A model generated the notes under the pieces. The model made no database searches. It was not told the DNA's origin and saw only the letters and a program-made list of their open reading frames with translations. The translations under genes were made by a program, and so were the position numbers. From assembly GCA_963845755.1 (NCBI GenBank), contig CAWJTV010000039.1, positions 256,001 to 320,000 of the forward strand: 64,000 nt of DNA, read 5' to 3'. Every line of letters starts with the position of its first letter. Within the stretch, counting starts at the first letter, position 1. This document shows positions 20,601-30,587 of the stretch, piece by piece. Source of the DNA: an uncultured Planctomycetota bacterium. GTDB lineage: Bacteria > Planctomycetota > Planctomycetia > Isosphaerales > Isosphaeraceae.

Positions 20601-21071
20601 GAGAAGGGCTTCCAGGATCCCGGGATGAACTCGTTCGCCCATTATTCGTTCGGTGCCGTCTATCAATGGATGGTCGAGAACATCGGCGGGATCAAGAACG
20701 GTTACACGACAGACGAGGGCCGAACCTATATTGACAACTACAAACAGATCCTGATCGCACCCCATCTCGACCCGAAGTTGAGCTGGGCGACGACCTCGTA
20801 CAAGAGCATCCGCGGCACGATCGCGACCACCTGGAAGCGGGACGGCGACCGTCTCGAACTCGAGCTGACGGTCCCGGCCAACACGACGGCGATCGTGTGG
20901 CTGCCGACGGCCAACGCCCAGGGCATCACCGAGAGCGGCCGCCCTCTGGCCGAGGCCGAGGGTGTGAAAGGCCCGATGCTGTCCCATCAGGATCATCCCG
21001 GTCTTGATGGCGATCGCGTCATGCTGACGGTCGGCTCGGGGACGTACCGGTTCAGCATGTCGCGAAAGTGA
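17697..21071 (+). CDS. Alpha-L-rhamnosidase, glycoside hydrolase family 78
   Basis: Signal peptide; DLGQNFAG, FTFHGFQY, PTDCPQRDERLGWTGD, GATSIWERW, MNSFAHY. Confidence 0.95.
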   Translation: MLVVLRSVVPGVAMLGLVWAASALTAPARAEQGGAPAPAGAGGLTPSYLRTEYRTDPLGLDVKSPRLSWIVESSGRGQLQTAYQVLVAGDVETLGRDQGDLWESGRVESDATAAIVYAGKALRSHQPCFWKVRVWDKDGRPSAWSQPANWTMGLLEPSDWAKAEWIGYDKSRQVELPDAPLDGAKWIWHAGDKGASKPQGHRLFVTTSRLPDAAKFEKAELVATADDFFRFTINGHLVIDGQPGTGGWDHPKSADVTAQLKPGAENSIRVEVNNAAVSPAGLLAKLTVSMAGGKTITLVTDGSWKTTDNPGANWHDRPLDTQSWPAAEVLGDYGMAPWGKLKFAHLILPPPSYLRTSFHVAKPIRRATLYATALGIFDVHLNGRRVSDDAFNPGWTDYTRRVYYRAHDVTKLMRDGENALGAILADGWYSGYVGFGKKRDHYGTKPRFRTLLHLELADGTTADIVTGPTWKASTGPILEADFLMGETYDVRKVLTGWDAPRFVDDGWGTVDRGAEVQPVIQWHPGPPVRAFAELKPKSIAEPKPGTFVFDLGQNFAGIARLKADGESGRAITLRFAERLNPDGTIYTTNLREARVTDTYICNGQGEETWEPRFTFHGFQYLEVTGLKSRPTAETITGIALSSDTPVVGSFACSDAMLNQLFRNIYWTQRANFIDIPTDCPQRDERLGWTGDAQVYIGTAALICDVQAFFTKWLVDLTDGQRTDGQFPMVAPVKVAGDDGGPAWADAGVICPWTIFQVYGDRRLLERQYPAMVKFVEFCRKRSTPEMLPPRQFHCFGDWLSINADTPKDVIYTAYFAHSTLLTAHAAAALGKTDDAVKYWELFHKIKSAFIRTYVGPDGRIKGNTQASYVLAIAMDLVTPRDIKPVLPDPSDGKNFEHVAQYLVEDIEKRGNHLSTGFIGTKSLMHALSMTGRQDVAFRLLHNDTFPSWGFSIKQGATSIWERWDGWTPEKGFQDPGMNSFAHYSFGAVYQWMVENIGGIKNGYTTDEGRTYIDNYKQILIAPHLDPKLSWATTSYKSIRGTIATTWKRDGDRLELELTVPANTTAIVWLPTANAQGITESGRPLAEAEGVKGPMLSHQDHPGLDGDRVMLTVGSGTYRFSMSRK

Positions 21072-21138
21072 GAGGAGCCTCACGCCGAGCACTCCCGGAG
21101 ACCCTCGGCAGACGAAGTCTGAGCGATCGCCGATGGCC

Positions 21139-21943
21139 TCACTCCCCATCCTGGGGCGGTATCGGCTCTCGCACCCAGGCAGCATTTGCGTCTTGCCTGA
21201 ATGCCTTCCACCCTTCGGGGAGATCGGCCAGCCCGGCAAGGCTGGGATCGCGGTCGACCATCTCGCCGAGACAGACGGTGAGACCATCTTCCGGCAGATT
21301 GGTGCTACCACAGAGGAACTGCCAGTCTCCATCCGCATCGTGGCTGACGAGGGAGATCGGATGATTCTCGTGGATGACCGGCTTGGTCGTGAACGCGGCC
21401 CGATTCTTGCCCTCGTGGAACGGCCATGAGCGATCGTCGGAGAGCACCGGCTGGAGTTCTTCGAGGCCCGCGACGAACTGGGGATGCCACGGATATCGGC
21501 CTCCCGCATCCGGCCAGACGCACTGGAGGACGGGGAACTCGTCGCCCTGGTAGAACCAGCGCAAAGCCGAAATGGTCCCGGTAGTGCTTTCGCTCCACCT
21601 TGCGGAAGCAGACGGCATAACCTTCCAGGATGATACTGGACTCGTGCCAATCTTCGAATCGGTTGCCATCCTTGATCTGCTGGCCGATCTCGGTGACGAT
21701 CGCGAACATCACCTTCACGTCCAGGCCGAAGACGATGACCTCGGGATGGCCGAAGGAATGGTACAGGCCGATGGTGTAGCCGAACTGCGGATACTCCTCG
21801 CCGGCACCCACCCCAAGGACGTGCCAGCCGTACTCCCGGACGTCGGCCAGCAGCTTCCGCTCGGGGTCGTCTTGGGGGATCGGCAAGGCGCGGTCATGTC
21901 TTCTCGAGGCATTTCCGGTCGGAACGCTGGGATTCTTCGTCAC
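21139..21943 (-). CDS. DUF4262 domain fused to a DUF2185/Imm33-like domain; frameshift near 21560
   Basis: GWHVLGV..FGYTIGL..HPEVIVFGL and LQCVWPDAGGRYPW (DUF4262-like), then VSHDADGDWQFLCG..DPSLAGLADLPEGW. Confidence 0.7.
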
Positions 21944-22773
21944 GGTTCTTGTTCCTCCGATTCTGCCGGGAACAGCGGCTGCTGGAAGATGAACCGCCAG
22001 TTCTCCAGGATCTGCGGACGAAGCTTGGGATCATCAAGGAAGGCTTTGCCGTCGGTGAGTAGCCGGTGCCGGGCAGTTTCCCGGTCCAGCGCGAGAGCCA
22101 GGACGCGCAGGTCGCTCTGGTGCTTCTCCTTCTTGCTAGACAGCTTGCTGACGAAGATGTCGTATTCATCAACGACATAGACGCGGAGTCCGCCGAAGTC
22201 GCCAAGCCATTGCCGCCGATCTTGCCAGCGAGCGGGGAGATAGTGGGACTGGACATGGGTTAGCTTCAGACCGAATTCGGTCTCGATCTTGTGTAAGACG
22301 TCCTGCTGACGGCGGATTTCCTCGGGAACCTCGTTGACCAGGTCGATATCAATGGTCGGCCGGGCCGTCAATCCTTTGATTAGGGTGGGGATCGAGCCGG
22401 CGATGTGGACTTCGATTCGGCCCTGAATCCCACGGCCAAGCATATCGAAGATCTGGCCGAGCTGGGTCGAGTCGATGCGGTTCACGAGTCGTCTCCCGAT
22501 TGTGGAGAAGCCCGGCTCTCCGAGGTCTTCGTCCAGGATCTGGCGGATGCGCGGGCCGACGGGGCTCGCCTGAAGCCATTGCGAGAATTTCCGGGATCCC
22601 CAGTACGAGCGCATCGCCACCGCGGCGTCACGGACCAGGAGTCGGGTGCGGAAGTCGGGGCTGCCGTCGCGCTGGAGGTCCTGCTCGATGGCCGCGGCCA
22701 GGGTCCGGCTGTCGATATAGGGCTGGCCCCATACGAGCCGCCAGGGGTCGAGGTTGGGCAGAGATTGACTCAT
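21940..22773 (-). CDS. DUF6036-like nucleotidyltransferase with an extra N-terminal helical domain
   Basis: IAGSI..RPTIDIDLV nucleotidyltransferase motif, YLPARWQDR, DIFVSKL..KHQSDL. Confidence 0.75.
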   Translation of the reverse strand: MSQSLPNLDPWRLVWGQPYIDSRTLAAAIEQDLQRDGSPDFRTRLLVRDAAVAMRSYWGSRKFSQWLQASPVGPRIRQILDEDLGEPGFSTIGRRLVNRIDSTQLGQIFDMLGRGIQGRIEVHIAGSIPTLIKGLTARPTIDIDLVNEVPEEIRRQQDVLHKIETEFGLKLTHVQSHYLPARWQDRRQWLGDFGGLRVYVVDEYDIFVSKLSSKKEKHQSDLRVLALALDRETARHRLLTDGKAFLDDPKLRPQILENWRFIFQQPLFPAESEEQEP

Positions 22774-22892
22774 CGAAGCAGACTCCGGATCCGGTCGAAG
22801 CCGGCCCGAGATTGCGAGAGATCGTCACGCCGGGCAGAATGGCCGATGCGGGGCGTGTTTCCCTCTTCGGATTCCTCGATGGCGATTGTACC

Positions 22893-24940
22893 ATGCGGCG
22901 GATTCTCTCGCTCCCGGGGTTGGCGATCGCGGTCTGGGCGTCGAGCCTGGCGTTCCTTGGACTGCTGGGAATCATGACGGCTGTTCTTGCCTGGCACCCG
23001 CACTTCCTCCCGTTGACTTCGCTGCTGGCCCTGGTGATCATCGCGGGCCTGGCCCTGATCGGCGGTGCCTTGTGGCGGATCGTCCGGGGGCCGGCTCGTC
23101 TCGAGGCCCTATCGTGGCTGCTGGTGGGCTCGGCACCGCTGTTGTTCCTGGCCGGCTACTTCCTTTACGGCCTGGCGGTCGGCTACGGACGGACGATCCC
23201 GCTGAATCTCCCGATCAAGATGCTGGCCCCGCTAGGCGAGTCGATGATGGACCTCGAAGCTCGGTTCCGTTATCCCCAGCGGACTGTGGGTGAGAAGGTC
23301 GTCATGATCTCGACGCCGATGCCCGCCGATGAAGCCCGCGCCCAGGTGGCTGCGATGGACCGGCACGTCCGCGCCCTGGAGGAGCGGCTGGGCCGGACGA
23401 CCGCGGGGACCATTCACTGGGTTCGGGGGCGGTTGCTGGGTATCGATCGCCACGCCGTCTTCGGCCTGTGCCTGGGAAGCCGGCCGGGCCAGGACCCTCC
23501 GGATTCCGAGGGCCTGGCTGCAGTCGATCGTCATGAAGTCGCCCATTGTGTGCTGACCAGCCATTGTCCGCCCGCTTCGATCCGCCCGCCGTCCTGACCG
23601 AGGGCTGGGCCGAGGCCAATCAAGGCACCGACCTGGTCGATCAGGCCGCCCGCGCCTGGGATCAACAGATGCAAGGTAACGACTTGAGCCTCCGCGAGCT
23701 CATCGCGCCGGAATGGTACGACCGCCACGAGTATCCCGCTTATGTCCAGGGTGCCGCGCTGGTCAACTTCCTCCTGATGACTTTCGGGCCGGAACGGTTC
23801 CTCGAGCTCTACACCACCTGCACCCGTTCGAGTTTCGAGGCGGATTGCCGGCGCATCCTCGGCCGGGACCTCGATCGTCTCGATGCGAGCTTACGGGCCG
23901 ACATCGAGCGGCTCGCGGAACCTCAGAGGTCACCGGCTGGGCGGCTCCGACGCCTCGCGACCGGCCCGAAGGTCGCGCGCTCGGCCTGGGAGGCGTTCCT
24001 GGATCATTACGTTCCCGAGGCCGAACGCCTCCTCCAGCCCGGCCGGGATGTCCGCATGACGATCATCTCTCAAAAGGCGAGTACGAGACCGAGCGGGAAA
24101 ACGATCGAGTTCTCCGAGCGAATCGAATCCCAACGGACCGGCGAATGGTGCAGCCTGCACGTCTGGTCGAACGAAGGCGAGGCGGTTTATCTCGCCCACC
24201 CGCGCGGCTCGTTCGTCGCCCGCCGCAAGACTGCGGCCGATGCCTGGGAGATCCGGGAGTCCCGCGGGATGACTCCGGAGCGCTCGTACCGGCGAATCCT
24301 CTCGGAGATCGGCCATCGCGAGTTGTTGACCGACATGGCCGGCGGCCTCCTGACGGTGGCCAAGGGGCTACGAGATCGCGAGGACCCGTCGACCATGGCG
24401 GTTGTCGAGCTCACCCCGTTCGTCGAGGACGACCGCCGTTTCATCCGGGTCCGGCTGGAAGACCGAACGGCATCCGTTCCCCCCTGGCGTGAATACACGG
24501 TGGTCCTGGCGGCTGACGACCACTTCGCGGTGCGGTCCGATGAGATCGATCTCTCCACCGGGATGAAACTCACGGGCGAGTTCCTCCATGACCGGCACGG
24601 GGAGCTGCCCGTCATCCACTCGATACTCAGTTCGGGCCTCTGGGCCGACGGCACGCGGACCACGAGCCGTCTCACCGTCCTCGAGCGACGATTCGAGCCG
24701 ACGCTGGAGGCCGAGTTCGCCCGGGAGCATCTCCTGGCCGGTGCCCCGGTCCACACGATCACCGCGCCCGGCCCATACGACGGGGAACCCTCGGTGCTCA
24801 TGAGATGGTACCGATTGCCGTTCGCCGCCGGTGCAGTCGGCCTGTTGCTTGGCGCGGCCTTGCGGCTGCGCAGCGGACGCAGTCCTGGCAAGTCCTCGGC
24901 GGAACCACCGGGTGAGGTTTCGCCGGAGCCTATCGGCTAA
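22893..24940 (+). CDS. Membrane-anchored zincin-like protein; frameshift near 23567
   Basis: Three N-terminal TM helices, DRHEVAHC then LTEGWAE (HExxH plus E), and a C-terminal TM helix. Confidence 0.65.
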
Positions 24941-25050
24941 GAGCCTGTTCGAGAGCCCAGTAGGGTGGGTGAAACCCACCGAGAATCGGCCTCCTCGATC
25001 CTGGTGGGTTTCACCCACCCTACAAAGGCCGGATGCCGTTCTCAGACCAC
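24941..25050. repeat. REP doublet (GTAGGGTGGGTGAAACCCACC...GGTGGGTTTCACCCACCCTAC) inside a MITE-like shell
   Basis: GTAG-type REP inverted pair at 24960-25023, preceded by GAGCCTGTTCGAGA; homologous to the inverted copy near 50075-50176. Confidence 0.8.
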
Positions 25051-25111
25051 GTGCAGAATTTTCTGCACATGTCTCTTGACGCTCGGCGCCAAAGTGCAGT
25101 ACGATCTGCAT
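25051..25111 (+). promoter_or_regulatory. sigma70-like promoter overlapped by two TGCAG-N6-CTGCA palindromes (putative BlaI-family operators)
   Basis: GTGCAGAATTTTCTGCAC at 25051-25068; TTGACG at 25076-25081; GTGCAGTACGATCTGCAT at 25094-25111, centred on the -10 TACGAT (18-nt spacer). Confidence 0.75.
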
Positions 25112-25144
25112 GTTGGTCGATTACGAGGAGCGGAGGACGTCGTC

Positions 25145-25537
25145 ATGTCGCGATTTACGCCGGGGGAGCTCAAGGTCATGCGGTTGTTGTGGGAGCACGG
25201 CGAGCTGAAGCCGGCCGAGCTCCAGGAGCGGTTCCCCGAGCCGATCAAGAACCCCGCGCTCCGGTCGTATCTGACGACCCTGGTCGACAAGGGGCACGTC
25301 ACGCGGCGCCGGGTGGGCAAGGCGTTCTATTACAAGGCGGTGACGCGCTCGCGGTCGGCGTTCCGGACGATGCTCGGCGAGCTGGTGGATGCCTACTGCG
25401 GCGGTTCGGTCCAGGCTCTGGTCATGAACATCATCAAGTCGGAGCGGCTCAGTGCGGACGAGCTGATCGAGCTCAAACGGCTGGCCGACGGCGGGACTCC
25501 CGGGCCATCACTCTCTGAAAAGAGGGGCCGAAAATGA
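25145..25537 (+). CDS. BlaI/MecI/CopY family transcriptional repressor
   Basis: ELKVMRLLWEHG..LTTLVDKGHVTR..GKAFYY..LVDAYCGGSVQALV; GGAGG ribosome-binding site. Confidence 0.92.
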   Translation: MSRFTPGELKVMRLLWEHGELKPAELQERFPEPIKNPALRSYLTTLVDKGHVTRRRVGKAFYYKAVTRSRSAFRTMLGELVDAYCGGSVQALVMNIIKSERLSADELIELKRLADGGTPGPSLSEKRGRK

Positions 25538-28500
25538 ACGGGTTCGCTTCCACGCTGGATTCATCGATCGGGCTCATGCTCACGATCAAGTGGACCGTGG
25601 TTCTGGCCCTGGCCTGGCTGGCGCATGCGTTGCTCGCGCGGCGGAACCCACGATGGCGCGTTGCGCTCTGGCGGACGGCCATGGTCGGGCTGTTGCTGGT
25701 GGCCATGCTTTCTGAGGTTCCTCCGATTGTCACTTATCGGCTTGTGCCCCGCGTTCAGCCCTTGATCGAGGCCGTGCCGACTGTGTCACCCGTTGCGGTC
25801 CGTGTCACTCCGGAGGTCAGCACGATTGGAGTGCAGCCGGGAATCGCCCAGGGGCGCCGCCCTTCGGGCGCCGAGGCTGGTCAGATCAGGTCGGACCCGC
25901 CGGCTGGGGTCGCAGCCAGCGAGGCCGGCAAGCCGCAAGGAGTACCGCGCCACGATTCAGCGACCAGGAAAGCTCAAGGAACTCAATGGGGAGCCGGGAT
26001 CGTCTCGGGGTTGTGGTCGATCTGGCTGGCTGGTGTCCTGGTGCTGACGGCCCGGCTGATCCTGGCAGGTCTGAGCCTGGCCCGGCTGGTTCGGCGGTCG
26101 TCGGAAGCTCCCGAGGCGATCGTCCGCGAATGTCGGGAGATCGCCGCACGGCTGGGATGTCGTGGGCCGGTCCGGGCTGCGCCGGACGCCGGAAATCGCG
26201 ACGCCCTGCCTGGCTGGGCTCTGGTGTCCCGTACTGCTGTTGCCGGAGCGGGAATGTGAAGACGGACGGCCCGACGACTTGCGGGCGATCCTCGCCCATG
26301 AGCTGGCTCATGCGCGGAATCACGACGTTGCCTGGAACTTCGTTGCCCACTTCGCCTCGATCCTGCTCTGGTTCCACCCGCTCGTCTGGCGAATTCGTGC
26401 GGTGCATGTGGCAGCGTGTGACGCCGTCTGCGATGCCGTGGCCGCCGACCTGCTCGGCGACGTCATCTCGTACCGCCGGACGCTCGCGCGGCTGGCGGTG
26501 CGAGCGGCCGGGCCGGCGCATGGGCTGGCCATGGCCCGGACGTCGGACGTGCGCCGCCGCCTCGATGCCCTGAATCGGATGGTCTTCCGAACCCCGCTTT
26601 CCTGGAGGCGTGTCGTGCCTGCGTTCCTCGTTGGGAGCCTTCTCCTGGTGCTCATCGGCGGCTTCGGCTTCACGCGGGCCGAACAGGCCGCACCCACGCC
26701 CAGGACCGGCGACACGGCCAAACCGGCGGACCCGACGAGGGCAGGGAAGATGACGATCCGCGCCGTCTCGGTGGAGACCCGTGAACCGATCGAGGGCGTA
26801 TCCATCGTCCATCGGAGGAGCCGCCCGGACGGGAAGAACGAGAAGGCGACCGTCGCGACCGGCAAGGACGGGACGGCGACGATCGAATATCCACCGAGCT
26901 TCAAGACGGGGTACTTCGAGATCACCGCCCGCACCCCGAGACTTGTGCCCATTTATCTCCTCTGGGACGACAAGCGGCACCCATTGCATTTGCCTTCCAC
27001 GAAGGAGCTGCGATTCGAGCCTGGCACGACCATCGGCGGGATCGTCAAGGACGAGGCCGGCCAGCCGATCGAAGGCGCCGCGGTCGGCGTCTATGCGCCA
27101 CCGACCGAGTACGAAGGGACGAGTCACGTCTTCTCCCTCGGGGAGCTCAAGACGGACGCACAGGGCCGTTGGCGTCTGGACGTGGCGCCTCGGCACCTCG
27201 GCGGGGTCTCGTTGTCCGTTGAGCACCCGCACTATCGGAGAAACAGCGGCATCGTGTCTCGCAACCTCGACAGTGCGATCGTTCTCACGAAGGGACTGAC
27301 GGTGACCGGTCGGGTCGTCGACGCCGCGGGCCGGCCGGTACGAGGAGCCCGGGCCATCATCGGAGATTCTCTTGTCCCCAACCGTCCGAGCGGGACGACG
27401 AACGAGCGGGGCGAGTTCACCCTGGAGAACTGCGACCTCGGCCCGACGATCGTCACGGTCCAGGCCGAGGGGTTCGCGCCTCGGATTCAGGAGGTCCGTG
27501 TCGAGGATCGGACCTTGCCCGTCGAGATTCGACTGACGGAGCCGGGATCGGTGCTCCGCGGCAAGGTCGTCGACATCGAAGGCAAGCCGGTCGCCGGGGC
27601 GTGGTTCGTCGCCGGCACCTGGCACGGGCACACGTCGATTCAGTTCCGGGTTGATACCGATCAGGACGGCCGATTTGAATGGAAAAGCGCACCCAAGGAC
27701 GTGGTGCTCTACGGCACCGGGAAGCTCGGCTACATGTCGAGCTCTCCTGTCCCGTTGACCGCGGCGGACCGGGAGCAGGTTGTCACCCTCTACCCCGAGC
27801 TAGTGATTACCGGCCGCGTCACGGACGCCGAGACCGGCCGGCCGGTGCCCAAGTTCCACCTGATCCGGGGCCAGAGGGTCGAGGGGCGGCAGGAGACCGA
27901 CTGGGCTGAGATGGAGAAGGTGGAAATCACGGGCGGTCGATATACCACCCGGTTCAGCGAGCCGTGGGGGCTCGCCTTCGTCCGGGTCGAGGCCCCGGGT
28001 TACCAGCCGGCCGACTCGCGCGCCTTCCGGTTGACCGAGGGTAACCAGACGTTCGACTTCCCCCTCCGGCGCGGCAAGGAGCCCGTATCCGGCGTCGTCC
28101 TGCTCTCCGATGGCCAGCCCGCTGCGGGAGTCGAGGTCGTGCTGGACACGCGGACGCTGGGCTTCTTGATGCAGCCGGGACGATTTGATCGCAACGCGAA
28201 TGTCCCGAGAGTTACGACCGGGCCCGACGGCCGGTTCGCTCTGACCCGGCCCGACGATCCGTTCCTCCTGATCGCGATGGGTGATGCCGGATATGCCGAT
28301 GCCTCGCCCGAGGAGATTGCGAGGTCCGGCAAGATGATGTTGCGACCGTGGGGGAAGATCGAGGGTGAGATCCGGATCGGCCGACAGCCGGCGCCTTACC
28401 AGCAGGTCGAGTTCCAACCCGCCCCATTCGAGCGCGGGGGACGGCCTTACGTCTTCACCAGCGGCTACACCACCGTGACCGACCCGCAGGGCCGGTTCGC

Positions 28501-30449
28501 ATTCGACCGAGTGGTCCCCGGCCCTGGGATCGTACGACGGTATGTCGCGAACACCGCCGCACCACTCGGGCTTCCGGCGTGGGGCTGGCAGGAGCCCGTC
28601 GAGGTCAAGTCCAATCAGACGGCCCGGGTAACCGTCGGCGGCAAAGGGCGGCCGGTGATCGGCCGGATGGTGATCGACGGCACGCCGGAGGCGCCGGTGG
28701 ACTGGACGAAGAACCAGCCGGTGGCGATCCGGCTCCCGGTCGATGAGCTGAAGGATCCTCTCGGCGGGCGTCGGTTCGCCGGGCACATCGACAAGGACGG
28801 CCGGTTCCGCATCGAGGACGTCCCGCCGGGCAACTATGTGCTGGAAGTCGCCGTGGACGCAACGTCCTATCCCCCAGTCGTGGGCGCGGTGACCGAGATT
28901 GGCGAGGCGAAGAGGCCCGTCACCGTGCCCGAGGCCCCGGCCGGCCGGCCCGACGTCCCGCACGACCTGGGGACGATCACGGCCAAGCTCTTCGAGACGC
29001 TCAAGGTCGGCGACCGGGCGCCGGACTTCGCCGTGCCGCGGATCATCGGCAAAGGACGAGGCGATCAACTCAGGCTCAGCGATTACCGGGGTCAGCTCGT
29101 TCTCCTCGACTTTTGGGCCACGTGGTGTCCACCTTTCCTGATCGACACGCCCACGTTCCAGGACATCCAGAAGACCTTCGGCAACGATGCGCGGTTCCAG
29201 CTCATCGGCCTGTCCTGCGACGAGACAGCCGGGGTGGCCGAGCAGTACATCAAGCAGAATGGTCTGATCTGGACGCAGGGATTTGCCGGCCACCTCCTGG
29301 CCGGAGTGAATGCGGGTAAGGAATACAAGCTCCGGGCGATCCCGGCGACATTTCTCATCGGCCCGGATGGTCGCATCCTGGCGAAGAACCTGCGCGGGGC
29401 CGAACTGAAAGAAGCGGTTCGTCGGGCGCTCCAAGGCAACAAGGTATTCTCCAAATCGCCGATTGCGACACGTCCACTGCGATTCCCGATCACGCGTTTC
29501 GATGCGCCCGACGAGAAGCCGGCCGCGGCGCCCTCGGTCGTCGTCCTCGACGACTGCGATGCAGACTTCGAGGAGAAGCGTCCCCATCATGACGCACTTC
29601 GCATCCTGTTCAAGACCGATAGCGGTGTTCATGCCAAGTTACTCCGAGAATTCAACACTGCCCAGACGGTCGGGGCGACCCATGGCGTCGCCCTTGACGC
29701 GGCCCGGGGCCGAATCTATCTGTGCGAGCTGGTGAGCCATGGTGTGACTGCGGTGGATTTCCGCGGCCGAAAACTCTGGCAGGTCGCCCAGATCCAGGCG
29801 GATGCCCTGGCGGTCGATCCCCGAACGGGGAACCTGTGGTGTTCCGTGGGCGAGGACCTTGCCCACGGTGAAACGGTCGTGCTCGACCCAACGGGTCAAG
29901 AGATCGCGAGCTTTCCATTTCGGGGGATCGACATCGCCTACGACCGGCGCACCGACGGGTTCTGGCTGGTCGGCTACGGGATCGCGAAGCTGAACCACGA
30001 AGGCAAGGTCCTTTTCCAGAAACCGCACGAAGGCTGGGCCTGCGTCTCGGTCGCGGTGAATCCGGGCGATGGCAGTATCTGGATCGTCGAGCGCAGCGCA
30101 TCCCAATGTGGCGCAGAGCGTCAATCGGCTCTGGTATCTCGACGCCAACGGAGCCAAGATCAATTCGTGGGATCTGAGAGCGAAGCTCATCTTCGGCGTC
30201 GCCTGCGAGCCGAAGACGGGCACGGCCTGGGTCGTGTCCCTCAGGTCCGATGTCCTCCGCTTCACGGCGGACGGCCGCGAGCTGCCGCCTCTTCCCGTTC
30301 AGGCCCGTGCCATCGCCATCAGTCCGACAACTGGAGAGGTCTGGGTGACGACGGACACGGAAATCCTGCGGCTCGATGCATCCGGCCAACCGAAGACTTT
30401 CTCTCGATTCGAATCCAATTCCGGGCAGTCCTGGCTGGCGGCATTCTGA
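25534..30449 (+). CDS. BlaR1/M56 peptidase fused to carboxypeptidase-regulatory-like repeats, a TlpA-like thioredoxin fold and a C-terminal beta-propeller; frameshifts near 26175 and 30097
   Basis: ILAHELAHARNHD..LWFHPLVW; repeated G.V.D..G.P..GA / TD..GRF modules; APDF..LLDFWATWCPPF..IPATFLIGPDG; VAVDP/VAVNP propeller blades. ATGA overlap with the repressor gene. Confidence 0.85.
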
Positions 30450-30507
30450 ATCACCAGGCATATCACGCGAGAATCGGGGCTGTGTGCGCCCTGGCAAGTA
30501 CCGGTTG

Positions 30508-30567
30508 CCGGGGAGTTGATCTGGACGGTTGGTCCGCCGATGATGATGGCGATAGCCGGGCGGCGGC
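30508..30567. repeat. ~60-bp direct repeat, copy 1
   Basis: CCGGGGAGTTGATCTGGAC-GGTTG-GTCCGCCGATGATGATGGCGATAGCCGGGCGG. Confidence 0.8.
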
Positions 30568-30587
30568 CTCTGACGCACGGGTTGGAC

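Noticed and set aside
22770..23003. 77-aa ORF overlapping the NTase start, as a possible antitoxin
   Set aside because: Low-complexity translation that overlaps the start of the opposite-strand membrane protein; no support.
30530..30550. CCGATGA in the 60-bp repeat as a hammerhead ribozyme core
   Set aside because: The core is not CUGANGA and there is no GAAA counterpart.
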